A DNA stretch of 64,000 bases from Candidatus Latescibacterota bacterium (GTDB taxonomy: Bacteria > Latescibacterota > UBA2968 > UBA8231): contig CBDCDC010000001.1 in the NCBI GenBank assembly GCA_965215195.1, forward strand, positions 320,001 to 384,000, written 5' to 3'. Below are positions 9,646 to 18,820 of this stretch, one piece after another. Position 1 is the stretch's first letter; each line of letters starts with the position of its first letter. A program made the translations under genes and the position numbers. The notes under the pieces are model-generated. The model ran no database searches. It was not told where the DNA came from and worked only from the letters and a program-made list of their open reading frames with translations.

Positions 9646-10827
9646 TCACCCCAACGCACCCAGCGCGGCCTCAACTCGGTCTAGCGCCTTTTCAATCAGG
9701 CCCAGCGACGTGGCGTAGGAGAGGCGGATGTGCTCGTAGGTGCCAAACCCCGCGCCGGGTACGCAGGCCACTTTGCCCTCTGCGAGCAAGTACTCGCACA
9801 GAGCCACTGAGTCGCGGACCTGCTGGCCGTAGTACGCGGCCACGTCGGGATAGGCGTAAAAAGCTCCCGACGGCAACGCGCATTCCACGCCCTCTATGGC
9901 GTTGAGGCGCTCGACCATGTAGTGCCGGCGCGTATCAAAGGCTTGACGCATTTCCTCGACCGACTCTTGCGGGCCATTGAGCGCCTCGACAGCCGCTTTC
10001 TGCGCCATGGACGAGGGGTGCGACACTTCCTGGCTTTGCACCTTATTCATTCCGGCGATGATCTCCTCGCTGGCACCGGTGTAGCCGATGCGCCAGCCAG
10101 TCATGGAATACGCCTTGGACACCCCGTTGACCACAATGCTGAGTTTTTTGGCCTCCGGGCTGCAAGCTGCAATTGAGTGGTGCTCGGCCCCGTCGTAGAT
10201 CAGCTTCTCGTAAATCTCGTCGCTGAGCACATAGACTCCGTGCTCCACGGCCACGGCCGCTAGGGCCGCCAACTCCTCGCGGGTGTACACCGCGCCGCTG
10301 GGGTTGGACGGCGAGCACAAAAAGAGCATCCGGGTGCGGGGCGTGATGGCGGCGCGGAACTCGTCCGCGGTGAGCTTGAGCCCGTTGGCGGCTTGGGTCT
10401 CGACGATCACCGGCTCGCCGCCGACCAGCCGCGGCTGCTCCCGGTAGGTCACCCAATAGGGCGTGGGGATAATGACCTCGTCGCCGGGATTGACCAGTGC
10501 CGCCACCGCCAAAAAGAGCGAGTGCTTGGCGCCGTTGTTGACGATCACTTCGTCGGTTGTATAAACCAAGCCGTTGTCGCGCTCGAATTTGCGGCAAATC
10601 GCCTCCTTGAGCTCCACGATCCCCGACCCCGGGGTGGTGTACTTGGTAAAGCCCTCGGCAATGGCGCGGATGCCGGCGTCTTTGACGTTTTGCGGCGTAT
10701 CGAAATCCGGCTCGCCCGCCGACAGGGAAATTACGTCGATGCCGGCGCGCTGCATGGCCGCGGCCCGAGCCGAAATCTGCATGGTGACCGACGGCTGGAC
10801 GCGCTGTACATTGTGCGAAAGTGGCAT
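9646..10827 (-). CDS. PLP-dependent class I aminotransferase (aspartate aminotransferase-like)
   Basis: GEPDFDTP, SPSNPSG, SDEIYE, SKAYSMTGWRIGY, RLSYA. Confidence 0.93.
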   Translation of the reverse strand: MPLSHNVQRVQPSVTMQISARAAAMQRAGIDVISLSAGEPDFDTPQNVKDAGIRAIAEGFTKYTTPGSGIVELKEAICRKFERDNGLVYTTDEVIVNNGAKHSLFLAVAALVNPGDEVIIPTPYWVTYREQPRLVGGEPVIVETQAANGLKLTADEFRAAITPRTRMLFLCSPSNPSGAVYTREELAALAAVAVEHGVYVLSDEIYEKLIYDGAEHHSIAACSPEAKKLSIVVNGVSKAYSMTGWRIGYTGASEEIIAGMNKVQSQEVSHPSSMAQKAAVEALNGPQESVEEMRQAFDTRRHYMVERLNAIEGVECALPSGAFYAYPDVAAYYGQQVRDSVALCEYLLAEGKVACVPGAGFGTYEHIRLSYATSLGLIEKALDRVEAALGALG

Positions 10828-10834
10828 AGTGTCC

Positions 10835-12028
10835 TCAGGTGGTGTATTCGGCGTTCAGGCGCACGTACTCGTACGTCAGATCGCAGGTGAAAATTTCAGC
10901 CGCCGCCGCGCCCAGCGCCAAGTTGATGTCAATGGCCATTTCTTCCGCCTGCATGGCCGCGCTCAGTTTGCTCGCGTCGTACGCGAGACCAGCGCCATTG
11001 CCGTAGATGTCGGTGCCGCACAGGGACACGCGGACCCTGTCGGGGTCGAAATCAACGCCGGCGTACCCCATCGCGCACAGAATGCGTCCCCAGTTGGGGT
11101 CGTTGCCAAACGCGGCGGTCTTCACCAAGCTCGAATTGGCCACTGCGAGGCCGACTTGTCTCGCCTCGGCGTCGCTGGCGGCCCCGCGCACCGCTATGGT
11201 GATCAGCTTGGACGAGCCCTCGGCGTCGCGCGCGATGGCCTCGGCCATCTGCCGACAGACGCACTCAAGGCCCGCGTAGAGGCGCTCGCAATCGCGCTCG
11301 CTCAGTTTTTCGGCCGCGCCGTTGGCCATCAGGATCACGGTGTCGCTCGTGCTCATATCGCCGTCAACCGTGATGCAGTTAAACGTGCGCTGTATGGCCT
11401 GCGACAGCAGTTCTTGCAATGGTGCGCTGGACACGGCCGCGTCCGTGGTCACTACCGCCAGCATCGTCGCCATGTTGGGGGCGATCATCGCGGCCCCTTT
11501 GGCCATGGCCCCGACCACGACGCGGCCCGATTCCAACTCAACCTCAACGGCGCAGCTTTTCGGCACGGTGTCCGTGGTCATGATCGCCGCGGCCGCGGCC
11601 GCGCCGCCTTCCTCGGACAAGGCTGCGACGAGCCGCGGGATGCCCGCTTCGATCTTGGCAATCGGCAGCGGTACGCCGATCAAGCCGGTGGAGCAGACCA
11701 AGACCTCTTCCGCTTGCAGGCCCAGCTCGCTTGCCGTCAGGGCGCACATCTGCCGGGCGTGGTCCAAGCCGACGTCGCCGTTGCAGACATTGGCGTTGCC
11801 GCTGTTGAGCACGACGGCCCGCGCCTTGCCGTTGGCGAGGTGCTCGCGGTCGATGGCAATTGGCGCACCCTGCACCTTGTTGGTGGTGTACACGGCGGCG
11901 GCATTGGCCGGGCGCGTCGAATACACTAAGGCCAGATCCTTAGCGCCCGACTCCTTGACCCCCGTCTGGATGCCGGCCGCCCGGTATCCGCTCGGAGAAG
12001 TAACCCCTCCGCCCTCGATAATTCTCAT
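10835..12028 (-). CDS. argJ: Glutamate N-acetyltransferase / ornithine acetyltransferase
   Basis: NSGNAN, STGLIG, IMTTDT, KGAAMIAPNMATML, DPNWGRI, CDLTYEYVRLNAEYTT. Confidence 0.97.
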   Translation of the reverse strand: MRIIEGGGVTSPSGYRAAGIQTGVKESGAKDLALVYSTRPANAAAVYTTNKVQGAPIAIDREHLANGKARAVVLNSGNANVCNGDVGLDHARQMCALTASELGLQAEEVLVCSTGLIGVPLPIAKIEAGIPRLVAALSEEGGAAAAAAIMTTDTVPKSCAVEVELESGRVVVGAMAKGAAMIAPNMATMLAVVTTDAAVSSAPLQELLSQAIQRTFNCITVDGDMSTSDTVILMANGAAEKLSERDCERLYAGLECVCRQMAEAIARDAEGSSKLITIAVRGAASDAEARQVGLAVANSSLVKTAAFGNDPNWGRILCAMGYAGVDFDPDRVRVSLCGTDIYGNGAGLAYDASKLSAAMQAEEMAIDINLALGAAAAEIFTCDLTYEYVRLNAEYTT

Positions 12029-12108
12029 AGCGTTCAGTCCGTTCCCGTCGCGCCGACAGCTCGGCGACTTACATCCCCTTCGCCGAACAAACGTTGCTGT
12101 CGTTAGAA

Positions 12109-12750
12109 TCAACGCCAACTGGCGAATCTAAGGTGATTGAAATTGAGTACGTCAACGCCCTGCTTGCCCAAGTAATTGGATAGAGGAAAGTCATCCGTGA
12201 GCACTAAAAATTGGTCCTTTACCAACTTAACAATAGCGGTGTCTGTCAAACCAAATTTTGCAAAAGATTCTGCTTGTGCTAAACCGTGCCGGGCGAGGGT
12301 GGCGGACAGCAGACCGCGGAACACCGCCACCGCGGCCGGCCCGGTCTCTTCGGCGACTTCGAGCCCGGCCTTGCACGCGCGCCTGACCGCCCTGCGGGTC
12401 GCACCGTTCAGCGCCTGTTCCCAAACGACATCGCGATCGTGGCCGAAGGCCGCAAGATCGAGCCGGAGCACCGCGGGCGCACCGGGTGGGGGATCTCCTT
12501 CCGGCGCCGCCAGCGCACGGATGTTGAACGAACGGCCCGCCATCTCCCGCGCAAGCACCCGCGCTTCGGTGGCGTTCAGGTCGGCGTAGCTCAGACCGGG
12601 CAGATAGGAGAACACGGGTGCTCCGAAGAGCTGCGGAACGACCGCGAACCGGCCCTCCTGCCGCCAGCGATAGACATCGCAAAACGCCGAGCGCCAAGCC
12701 GCGACGAAGTCTGGGGTGTGCCCGGCGATCAAACGGCTGTCTGGTTGCAT
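12109..12750 (-). pseudogene. Chimera: FemAB/GNAT-like 5' part fused to a PIN-domain-like 3' tail
   Basis: GC-rich part ends TRRAVRRACKAGLEV...LARHG, then an abrupt shift to AT-rich sequence near 12285 encoding FGLTDTAI...LVLTDDFPL. Confidence 0.65.
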
Positions 12751-12811
12751 CGATCTCATCCGGCGCAGTACCTCGGGCTTTGAGCATCCTCGCGAGAGAG
12801 CGTTGGGCGCG

Positions 12812-13042
12812 TCACACCGGTTCCCCATCCTCGGCTGAGTAAATGTCTTCCCCTTCTTCCTGCCAGAAGTCGAATGCGCCACTTTGTTCCACCAAGCGCA
12901 TGATACCCCATGTTGGCACATCATCTTCCTGCCTCTGCACAGTAATTTCTTCATAGTGCTGTGCCAGTTCCACCAGCCGTTCGAGCTCGCCTTGCGGAAC
13001 CAGCACGTTCTCCCCGATATATCGGATATGAATGGTTGTCAT
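12812..13042 (-). CDS. Small acidic protein, probable orphan antitoxin
   Basis: 76 aa, AGGAGG RBS, C-terminal AFDFWQEEGEDIYS typical of small TA antitoxins; no toxin follows. Confidence 0.55.
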   Translation of the reverse strand: MTTIHIRYIGENVLVPQGELERLVELAQHYEEITVQRQEDDVPTWGIMRLVEQSGAFDFWQEEGEDIYSAEDGEPV

Positions 13043-13067
13043 TTCGCCTCCTGTTCAAGGGTTTAAC

Positions 13068-13274
13068 TCAAATCCAAGCCGCCAGATGCAGGGCGGTGGC
13101 ACCGGTTTCGTTCCGCGCGTTGGGATCGGCACCAGCATTCAAGCAGGCGACAACGTTCTCGACGGTGGCACGCGCGAAAAACCGTTCGGCGTGCCAATCC
13201 TCGCAATCTCCGGCCACCGCCGGTGCCGCCAGGAGCATCAATCCCAGCCAACTCACCATCGCCAGGCCTCTCAT
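13068..13274 (-). pseudogene. Truncated secreted ankyrin-repeat protein
   Basis: Signal peptide MRGLAMVSWLGLMLLAAPAVA, then CLNAGADPNARNETGATALHLAA and a stop after about one repeat. Confidence 0.7.
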
Positions 13275-13336
13275 CGCCCCGTCTCGGTCAGCTGTTGGTG
13301 GCAGTGCGGCAAGGTGAACCATTCGTAGCCCCGCGA

Positions 13337-13708
13337 TTAAGTGGCTGTCTGTTTGCATTGATCTCTCCCGGTCAACCGTTCATGGCAGTGCGACAAGGTG
13401 GTCCATTCGTAACCTCGCGCCCGCAGGCGTTCGCCCAGCGCAGCCAAGTCGTCGAATCCGCGCTGCCGGTGCCGCACCAGTGCATGAGCACCCTTTAGCC
13501 ACAGCGGCAGGGGAGATTTTCCAATCCGACCGTCGGGGACTAAATCCACCATGTGCATGTCGTAGCGATCCAATGCGTCGCTCCGGCCGCCGTTGTAGTC
13601 GTGCTCCACGTCAATGGACAGAACGGCGATCTTCTGCGGCGACCGCCGGCTCGCGACCTTGTGCGCGGCCGGATCAAAGAGCACCCGACCCATCTCATTG
13701 CGATCCAT
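13337..13708 (-). pseudogene. Internally deleted polysaccharide deacetylase
   Basis: N-terminal LSIDVEHDY joined almost directly to YDMHMVDL and C-terminal LRARGYEWTTL; far too short for a NodB domain. Confidence 0.6.
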
Positions 13709-13862
13709 CTTACTACGCACGACACCAGCCCTCAGCCTGCCAAGGATCGAGGGCCTCTTGCCCTCGCCGAGGGCGGGACGCCCTCGATCCCGGACCCAGC
13801 GGAAACCGCAGAAAAGGCGTACTCAAAGTAAGGGTCGCCTACTTTAGGGGTCGTGTACTAAG
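13709..13862. mobile_element. MITE/REP-like element, copy A
   Basis: Imperfect terminal inverted repeats (ctacgcacgacacc ... ggggtcgtgtactaag) around a 52-bp palindromic core (13744-13795) also present, inverted, at 50501-50552. Confidence 0.65.
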
Positions 13863-13992
13863 GCGATCCATCATGAATCCCGAAGATCGCCGAAATCAGC
13901 TTGCAACCCTTCATAGACCTCGTCCGCCCTAGTGTCTGCTTGTGTCATGGTGGCCCGCGTCGAGCGGTTCGGACTGCGCGGACCCATAAACA

Positions 13993-15506
13993 CTATGGAA
14001 CCCATCGGCGCAGTCTGTTCCAAGCACCGTCGATGGCCCAAGCGATAGGCAGGGCTACCCCGACCGCAAAGGGCGTCACCAGTCCAATATTGTACCTGGG
14101 GACGTTGAAGGACACGAGCACGTGGATCGCAAAGATGACGACCGGGCAGAACATCAACGCCAGCAGGACAGTTCGGTTTCGGCGCGTTCCCCATGCAAGG
14201 CTGCAGAAGATTCCCAACGCAAAGATGACACCCCAAATCGGCCGAATGCCAAATAAGTACGTGCTCGGTCTATATTTGTTTATCCCTCGCCACGCCAAGG
14301 GAACGGAGACAGCCAAATGCTTGGGAAGGTCGGACCATACGCGAGCCAACACGAAGCCGAGCTGATCCTTCGGTGCCACGCCCGCCAGCAACTCACGTCC
14401 CCAGCTTCCTCGTTTATGAAAGTGGTCTGGATGACTATGGTGCAAAGGAGCTACTTCAGGTCCGAACACTTTGTCTGCCAACTCATATCCTTCTACCGAA
14501 CTATAGTACAGAAAGGCGGCAGTCCACTGAGTCCAAGTCATGTCATTGTAGTTGATCCGTTGAGAGAGGACTAACGGTCCGTAGCCTTCCGTGAAGCCCA
14601 CAAAGCCTCTAGTCGCATAGTTGCGGACGATCCAAGGCATCACCACCAGCGAAGCGCAGATCAGAATGTACGTGGTGGCAACGGCGATTTCACGGCGACG
14701 CGACCAATCTCGATATATCCAAGCGACCGCCGCGAGCGGTAGCGCCAAGAGCAGGTATTCGTAAGGCGGCCGCGTGAGCATCAGCGCGCCAAGCAAAACC
14801 CCGCATCCAACCGCCACGGCCGCTATCCGTCCCTTCGTTCGACTGCTTCCACGTACCAAATAGGCAAGGCAGACGTTGACGCCAGCGAAGAGCGGAATGA
14901 CCAGATTATCGGTGAGAAGATAGGTATTGTAGTACGCATAGTCATCCACCACGAGGGCGACCAATCCACTGAGATGGGCAACCATGAGACGCCCGGATAC
15001 AAGCCGGCCCGCGAGCCAAGCAAGTCCTATCGCGATGGCACCTAGGAGTGTCTCTATGTATAGCGCGAGGTTATCAGGCCTCAACCTACTCAACCTAAGC
15101 TCCACGCCGGCGGAATCCCAGCTTTCTTCGGCTAGGTACTCCAGGAAATCAGTGAAAGCCGGATCGAGATGCATCAACATGCTCAGCCACAAGGGATAGA
15201 GTGGACGTCTCTCTAATGACGAGTAGGGCCAAATCCGCATGGCGTTCGGGGGGGGGGCGACAGCCAGTACGACCCCGACCCGTGAAAAACGGACAAGGCG
15301 GCTCTCATGTAATCGTACTCGTCGGCATCCGTGGGCCGTAAAACCGTGGCATGCACACCAAGTGCGGTATAGACATGCGCGCCCAGCAAGGACGCGAACA
15401 CAAGCACATGGAAGAACGCCCGCCAATTCATTCGCCCGCTTACCCAAGTGCCTCGCCGAAGCCAGTTCCAACGATTCAGCGATCTCATTTTCTCTCCGTG
15501 TGTCAT
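13993..15506 (-). pseudogene. Polytopic membrane glycosyltransferase (GT-C/ArnT-like), frameshifted at a C10 tract
   Basis: 5' frame (TM, DADEYDY, YWLSPPP) and 3' frame (PPPNAM, RRPLYP, LLTDNL, LTRP, PWIVRNY, PRY) switch at G10 15248-15257. Confidence 0.7.
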
Positions 15507-15544
15507 GGTGGCTTGTCGTGGAATGCTCAGTATCAAGATAGACC

Positions 15545-16159
15545 CTATCCCTTGGCGTCGTCGAACAAGGCCGTCACGTCGACGGCGAATCCTTCTAACA
15601 GCCGCGAGGTCGCCGTGTCGCCGCAGGAGAAAACACCGTGCTCCACATAGGCGTCCCCGGCGAGGGAGAGCACGGTGACGGTCTCAAAGCGGGGATCGAC
15701 GATCCAATACTCGGGAATGCCGGCCTCCGCGTAGTCGGCACGTTTTTCAACGAGATCCCGGGCCGGGTCATCTGGGCTAACAACTTCTACCGTCAGGTCC
15801 GCGCCCAGCCAGAAGCGGTCCTGATTGCGCGGATCCGAGCGGTCGCGGAGCAGCAGCAGGTCGGGCTCGCGGAACTTGCCCTCCCGAACGCGCATCCGCA
15901 ATCCAGCGAACAGGACGATCCCGCCTCGAGGTTTAAGGTACGGCTTGAACAGGTCGTAGAGGAAGGCAAGGATGATTTGGTGCGTGGCGGTGGGCATGGG
16001 CAGTTCCTCAATGTGGCCGTCGGTAAATTCGATCAAGCGGCGGGTTTGGTCCGTGAGCCACAGGTATTGTTCGTCACTCCAGCAACCTTGGGACGGCATA
16101 ACGTCGCACAAGAGGGCGTTCAGTGCGTCTTGGGCGGTCGTTGCAGTCGTTGTGGTCAT
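15545..16159 (-). CDS. Uma2 (DUF820) family protein, close paralog of 7944-8561
   Basis: Same motifs and long near-identical nucleotide stretches. Confidence 0.9.
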   Translation of the reverse strand: MTTTTATTAQDALNALLCDVMPSQGCWSDEQYLWLTDQTRRLIEFTDGHIEELPMPTATHQIILAFLYDLFKPYLKPRGGIVLFAGLRMRVREGKFREPDLLLLRDRSDPRNQDRFWLGADLTVEVVSPDDPARDLVEKRADYAEAGIPEYWIVDPRFETVTVLSLAGDAYVEHGVFSCGDTATSRLLEGFAVDVTALFDDAKG

Positions 16160-16201
16160 TGCGTCGTCCTCGCTCTTAGAATGTCTCGCAGATATTAGCC
16201 G

Positions 16202-16370
16202 TTACGCCGCGAAATCAAGCATTTCTAAGGTCACACCGCGAGCAGCTTCCTCTCGCGCCCGACGGAGAAGGGCTTCATTCACCGTTTTAGAAACGTACTC
16301 TTCTCCACAACTGCCGCAGATCTGTGCCGGCACTTTCTTAAACACGATAATCGTTCGATCGCGTTCTAAG
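16202..16370 (-). pseudogene. YgiT/MqsA-type zinc-finger antitoxin, 3' fragment
   Basis: LERDRTIIVFKKVPAQICGSCGEEY; the first CxxC is missing. Confidence 0.7.
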
Positions 16371-16962
16371 ACGGGCCAAGCGGACGCCCGGTGCGGAGCA
16401 GCAGCTTGGCGGCGAGGCGCAAATAGACGTGCAGTGTCATTAGTCCAATCAATGCCAGCAGGCAGACCGCGCCGGCCAAGGCGAAAAATGCGAGAGGCCA
16501 GTCCTCGTAAAGACCGAGGGTTGCCGGTATGGTCACGAGTAGGCAGGCCGCGACAATCACCATGTCGAGCAGCCGCTGTACCACCGCACAGGCCACCGCG
16601 GTGGCGACATTCCATCCATAAGCGCGCCGCATGGCGACGACCCAAGCCACTTCGCCCAAGCGCATCGGGAGCGCGATCAACCAAATCGCGTGCCAAGCAG
16701 TGACCCGCATGGCCGTGGGAAACCCGCCGCGCTCGTTGGCGATCAGATGCATGCGAACCGCACTGAACAGGCTCTCGGCCGCAAACAGTGCCACGCCCGC
16801 CCCGGCGAGGGGCCATGAAATGTCACCCATTGCGGCCAGCGAAGACCCGTCCAACTGCGCCGCGACAAAGCACAACAGCACCAAACTGACGCCGCCGGCA
16901 ACCGCCCACGTCAGGGGGCCGGTGCGCCGCGCCAACTCGGATGTATCTATGGTTTGTTCCAT
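16366..16962 (-). pseudogene. Lysylphosphatidylglycerol-synthase-TM / flippase-like protein, 3' truncated
   Basis: LPMRLGE and VVQRLLD motifs with TM helices; ends at the junction with the YgiT fragment. Confidence 0.65.
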
Positions 16963-16997
16963 AGGGTGGATCGGCAGCCCAAACCGCGTAGCCGCGC

Positions 16998-18536
16998 TCA
17001 GGCCGGCTCCGCGTCAAAGGCCACGACGTTGCGCGCCTCCTTGCTGAACTCCACGCCGATCAGGTGGATCGGCCAGCCCAAGTGGCGGTATTTGTCCGCG
17101 TAGCCCTTGGCCTTCAACTGCGTCATGGCCGCCCCGGTGGCGTCCTGCTCCACCACCTTGAACTCGAACAGGTACACGTTGCCTTTGAACTGCACCGCCA
17201 AGTCCAAGCGCCCCCGGTTGGAACTGTCCTCTACCGTCGCATCCAGCCCCGCCCCTTCGACGTAGCCGTAGAACACGCTCGCGTAGTAGCCCTCGTACCG
17301 GGCGATGTCGTTGTTCGCGTACCACTCGTAGGGGATGCTGTCGAAGAACGCCTTGAACAGCGCCTCCACGCCAGCGAAGTCGTTGGCCGCCAGCCGCCGA
17401 CGCAGCTCGTCGCCCGTCGCCAGTTCGTGCGCGTCGCGCGGCACCGCCGCCCGCAGCAGGCGTCCGACTAGGCCCCGGCGTACCTCCCGGTTCGGGTAGC
17501 CGAGGCGGTAGCGCGGCAGCCTAGTCGGGTCGTCCGCCCCTTCCACGCCCTTGACGGTGAGGTAGCCGGTCTGGAACAGCAGCGCCTCCGGCTCCATGTC
17601 GTCCACGTCAAAGGCGGACAGCAGGTCATCGGCGGCACGCAAGTCCTCCAGCCTCGGAAAGTATAGGCCGAGCCGGAACAGCCGCTCGATCAGGAAGGCG
17701 GGTGTGCCGGTCTCGAACCAGTGCGCCTTGAACTCGCGCGTGTCGAACAGCAGCAGCACGTCGAAGGGGTTGTAGACGTTGTCCGCACCCCGCCAGTTGT
17801 AGCCGTCATACCAAGCGCGGATGGCGTCCCGATCCAAACCCGGCAGTTCCGGCGCGAACACCGCATCCAAGTCGGCCTCCGTATACCCGCACAGGGCCGA
17901 GTAGCGCGGATCCAAGGTGAGATCGAAGAGGTTGTTCAGACCCGAAAACTTGCTCACCCCTGTCAGCAGGGTGAACCGGACATCCGCGTCGCAGAACTTG
18001 ATGGTGCCATACAGGCCGCGCAGGTAGTCGCGGTTGGCGCGAGCCACCGCCGGCTTCTCCAGCGCGTCCAAGATGGGCTTGTCGTACTCGTCCACCAAGA
18101 CGACGACGGAGCGCCCGCCGCGCTCGTGCAACGTCTGGATCAGATGGACGAACCGCTCGGGAGCGCCGTCGTGCTCGCCGACCACCGACGCCCGGCGTTC
18201 AAGCGCACCAAGCTGCGCCATCGTGTTCCGGTGCAGGTTCTCAGGCTGAGTGAAGTCCCCGCCGCTGAAGTCGAGGCGCACCACCGGGTGGCCTGCCGAC
18301 AACACCGGATGGGCTTCGGCGGCCAAGCCCCGGAACAACTCTTCGCCCCCTTCGAACAGTTCCTTGATGGTGTCCACCAGCAGGCTCTTGCCGAACCGCC
18401 GGGGGCGCGACAGGAAGTAGTGTTTGCCGCCGTCGACCAGCCGCCGGATGTAGCCGGTCTTGTCGACGTAGTAGTAGCCCCCCTCGCGGATCTCGCGGAA
18501 GGTCTGGATGCCGAGGGGCAGCTTGCGCTTCGCCAT
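16998..18536 (-). CDS. AAA-ATPase-like protein with C-terminal PD-(D/E)XK nuclease domain
   Basis: YYVDKT, RPRRFGKS, VDEYDKP, GRLDLAV...FEFK. Confidence 0.9.
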   Translation of the reverse strand: MAKRKLPLGIQTFREIREGGYYYVDKTGYIRRLVDGGKHYFLSRPRRFGKSLLVDTIKELFEGGEELFRGLAAEAHPVLSAGHPVVRLDFSGGDFTQPENLHRNTMAQLGALERRASVVGEHDGAPERFVHLIQTLHERGGRSVVVLVDEYDKPILDALEKPAVARANRDYLRGLYGTIKFCDADVRFTLLTGVSKFSGLNNLFDLTLDPRYSALCGYTEADLDAVFAPELPGLDRDAIRAWYDGYNWRGADNVYNPFDVLLLFDTREFKAHWFETGTPAFLIERLFRLGLYFPRLEDLRAADDLLSAFDVDDMEPEALLFQTGYLTVKGVEGADDPTRLPRYRLGYPNREVRRGLVGRLLRAAVPRDAHELATGDELRRRLAANDFAGVEALFKAFFDSIPYEWYANNDIARYEGYYASVFYGYVEGAGLDATVEDSSNRGRLDLAVQFKGNVYLFEFKVVEQDATGAAMTQLKAKGYADKYRHLGWPIHLIGVEFSKEARNVVAFDAEPA

Positions 18537-18820
18537 GGGCGGTTGGGGGTTCGGGCTTGGCTGGGTGGGCTTCATCCGCGTGGCTCGCCGGGGTCGAGTA
18601 CGGGGGTCATCGGCGACGGGATGCCGCGGTGCCCGTCCCGGAAGTGCATACTCGTCGCTTCGGTGCCTCCATGACGCACTAATCTATACCACGGCAACGC
18701 GATACATCCGAGCGCAGCAGCGGGCAACCGGCAGCGGAAATTGGTTGGCAACCCACGTTTCACGCTTTGTTCCGCTCCATTGGTTGAACTACGACAACAC
18801 CGTGGTTTGCCGGCACTCGA

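Noticed and set aside
10574-11929. Long antisense ORFs (also 39688-41070, 44143-45270, 59733-60926)
   Set aside because: Shadow frames of well-supported genes in GC-rich DNA, with no recognisable motifs.
7944-16159. Composite transposon bounded by the two Uma2 genes
   Set aside because: The enclosed genes include core accA and argJ; there are no TIRs or target duplications, and Uma2 is not a transposase.
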